From Octopus bimaculoides (taxonomy: Eukaryota): a DNA stretch of 64,000 nucleotides. Within the stretch, counting starts at the first letter, position 1, and each line of letters begins with the position of its first letter. Location: contig NC_068987.1 of assembly GCF_001194135.2 (NCBI RefSeq), positions 32,978,171-33,042,170 of the forward strand. Reading direction: 5' to 3'. Below are positions 62,178 through 64,000 of this stretch, piece after piece. Under the pieces are notes generated by a model, which was given only the letters and a program-made list of their open reading frames with translations, did no database searches and was not told the origin of the DNA. Made by a program: the position numbers and the translations under genes.

Positions 62178-64000
62178 TATGTTTTGTGTTTTGCGTGACT
62201 TTATATATTTAGAAACTAAATCCTATATCTACAAATGCAAAAATAAAAATACAAGTTCAGATGTACATGACAAAATCTCAGAAGACACTTGATCGGCTAA
62301 AAATAAGAGTCATATCTTCATCAAATTACTATCGTTTTTTAAAAAGTGAGTTATATCAATTTATTAGATAATATAGGCCAATGTACTCGATGTATTACAA
62401 AAAACAGAAGGCGATGACGACTAGAATGTTTCCTATAAAAGGTCTCTCTGATTAGATTTGAGTAACAACAATAACTAAACCTTGTGTTTGTTCAACTGCG
62501 ATCAGAGAATATATGTATATTCAGTCCTCATCCGTTGCTATTTGGTTAGAATAATTTTGTGTTCATTAGATGATCATGCACAAGATATGTCTCCACAGCA
62601 AATCTATGTAAATTTTACAGCATCTTCACTTATCAACGACAGATTTTCCCGCCCATTTATTCCACATATACTGATTACATTTATTCAGTTATCAGCCAAA
62701 GTAATGTTTATATATCTTTAATATCTACATTTTGTTTCACTCATAATGATGACATTTAAAGTTTCTATCTGCCTAGCTGACGTGTACTTAGTTCCAATGA
62801 AGTCGGAACCTACAGACTGTATCTAACCGTTCCATATTTTTATTATCTCCATTTTGTTGATAGTTGTTCTACTACTTTCATGTCAAACTGTTATAAAACA
62901 CTAAAATACTATATTTATCATCTATTTATCCATTAACCAAATTTTCACTCCTCTATTCATTTTTTCCACCATTGGTTTGAATTTTCCATTACATTGTGAC
63001 ATTCATGATAAAGCGAAACAAATCAACTTAATACCTATCGAGTGAATTCTCATTGACAAACCTGTCTTGTCACACAACGTTTTCATCGTACGTCAAAGAT
63101 AAACTTTGAAAATTGTTTCCCAATTTCAGATCGTGACAAAATCTATTTATATTATCGCATAAAATCTGTCGTTGATACGTACGAATCAATTTAAAGTCAG
63201 AAGAATATATATTTGTTTAGTAGTCTTTATTTGTCTGTATATTCCTTAACGTGTATCAGTAGTAGAAAGCTCTGTAGTTATTATACACAAATGTCAAACT
63301 GCATGCTTTACATTTTGAGTTCAAATCTCGCCGGTGTAATGAGTGTTCTTTTAACGAATTTTATATATTAATCTCTGTGTTCACACATGTTTACATACAT
63401 ACATGCATTCTTTTACCGATTTCTGTCATTGGACTGCAGCCTACCCGAGGCACCAACATGAATGGATCTGGAATCTACTGGATTATATCGAACCCATTCC
63501 TTTCCTTAGATATTCTTTTGTCTATTTCATAAGATAATCAATTGTACAATAATTTGCTTGTTCATTTGCCCGTTCTACTTTAGTTAGTAAGAGAGGTGGA
63601 GGTTGAGTCAAAAAGAGAGTGAGAGGTGAGGAGTGTGAGTAGAGAGGAAAGATACACTGAGACCAAGTGCATCAAGTGGCTAGTTGAAGAGGCGAAGAGT
63701 GAGAGAAAAAGACGGCGAGAGAGAAGAGGAAGAGAGAAGTGTTAACGATGTGTTGTAGGATAAGGTAAAGAGAATGAGATATGTTTAGGATACAATATTT
63801 AGGAGAGGGTGATGTTGTTGTGGTGGTGAAGCTAAAGACAGGCAAATAGAGAAAGAGATGGAAAGAGGGTGGCAGTTACATTAAGAGGGAGAGAAAGAGA
63901 CAGAGAGACAGAGATAATGTTTGTATTCTCAGAGTAGAGATATATTCACAGCAAAAAACAGTATATATAAACAAACAGCCAGACTCAAATGAAATCAAAT

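Overview
This is AT-rich, gapped draft-assembly eukaryotic DNA with 14 N-gaps. Its SINE families and extreme density of (TA)/(CA)/(GA)/(TAA) microsatellites most resemble an octopus (coleoid cephalopod) genome; that assignment is an inference from remembered repeat families, not from a database search. I could not support any host protein-coding gene, RNA gene or CRISPR array, so the window looks intergenic or intronic. Nearly all ORF-track entries are microsatellite or N-gap artefacts, or fragments of decayed transposons. The recognisable content is: (i) many decayed RLE-class (R4/Dong-like) non-LTR retrotransposons with (TAA)n tails, stacked in nests at 1-3.5 kb and 48-55 kb; (ii) one RTE-like 3' fragment; (iii) DNA transposons, namely a near full-length maT/DD37D element, two mariner 5' fragments, a mariner MITE, a Merlin (ISXO2/IS1595-like) transposase relic absent from the ORF track, a Helentron-associated HINE and a possible hAT MITE; (iv) three tRNA-derived SINE families. 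The most interesting observations are the Merlin relic inside a long inverted repeat, and three inverted or fold-back 5' junctions of the RLE retrotransposons (~17530, 36659-36704, 49729-49775). Also notable are an internally deleted, bipartite Dong-like element and a 120-bp 90%-identical inverted repeat. I found no evidence of a wholly new gene system. All alignments and translations were done by eye, and repeat boundaries are approximate.
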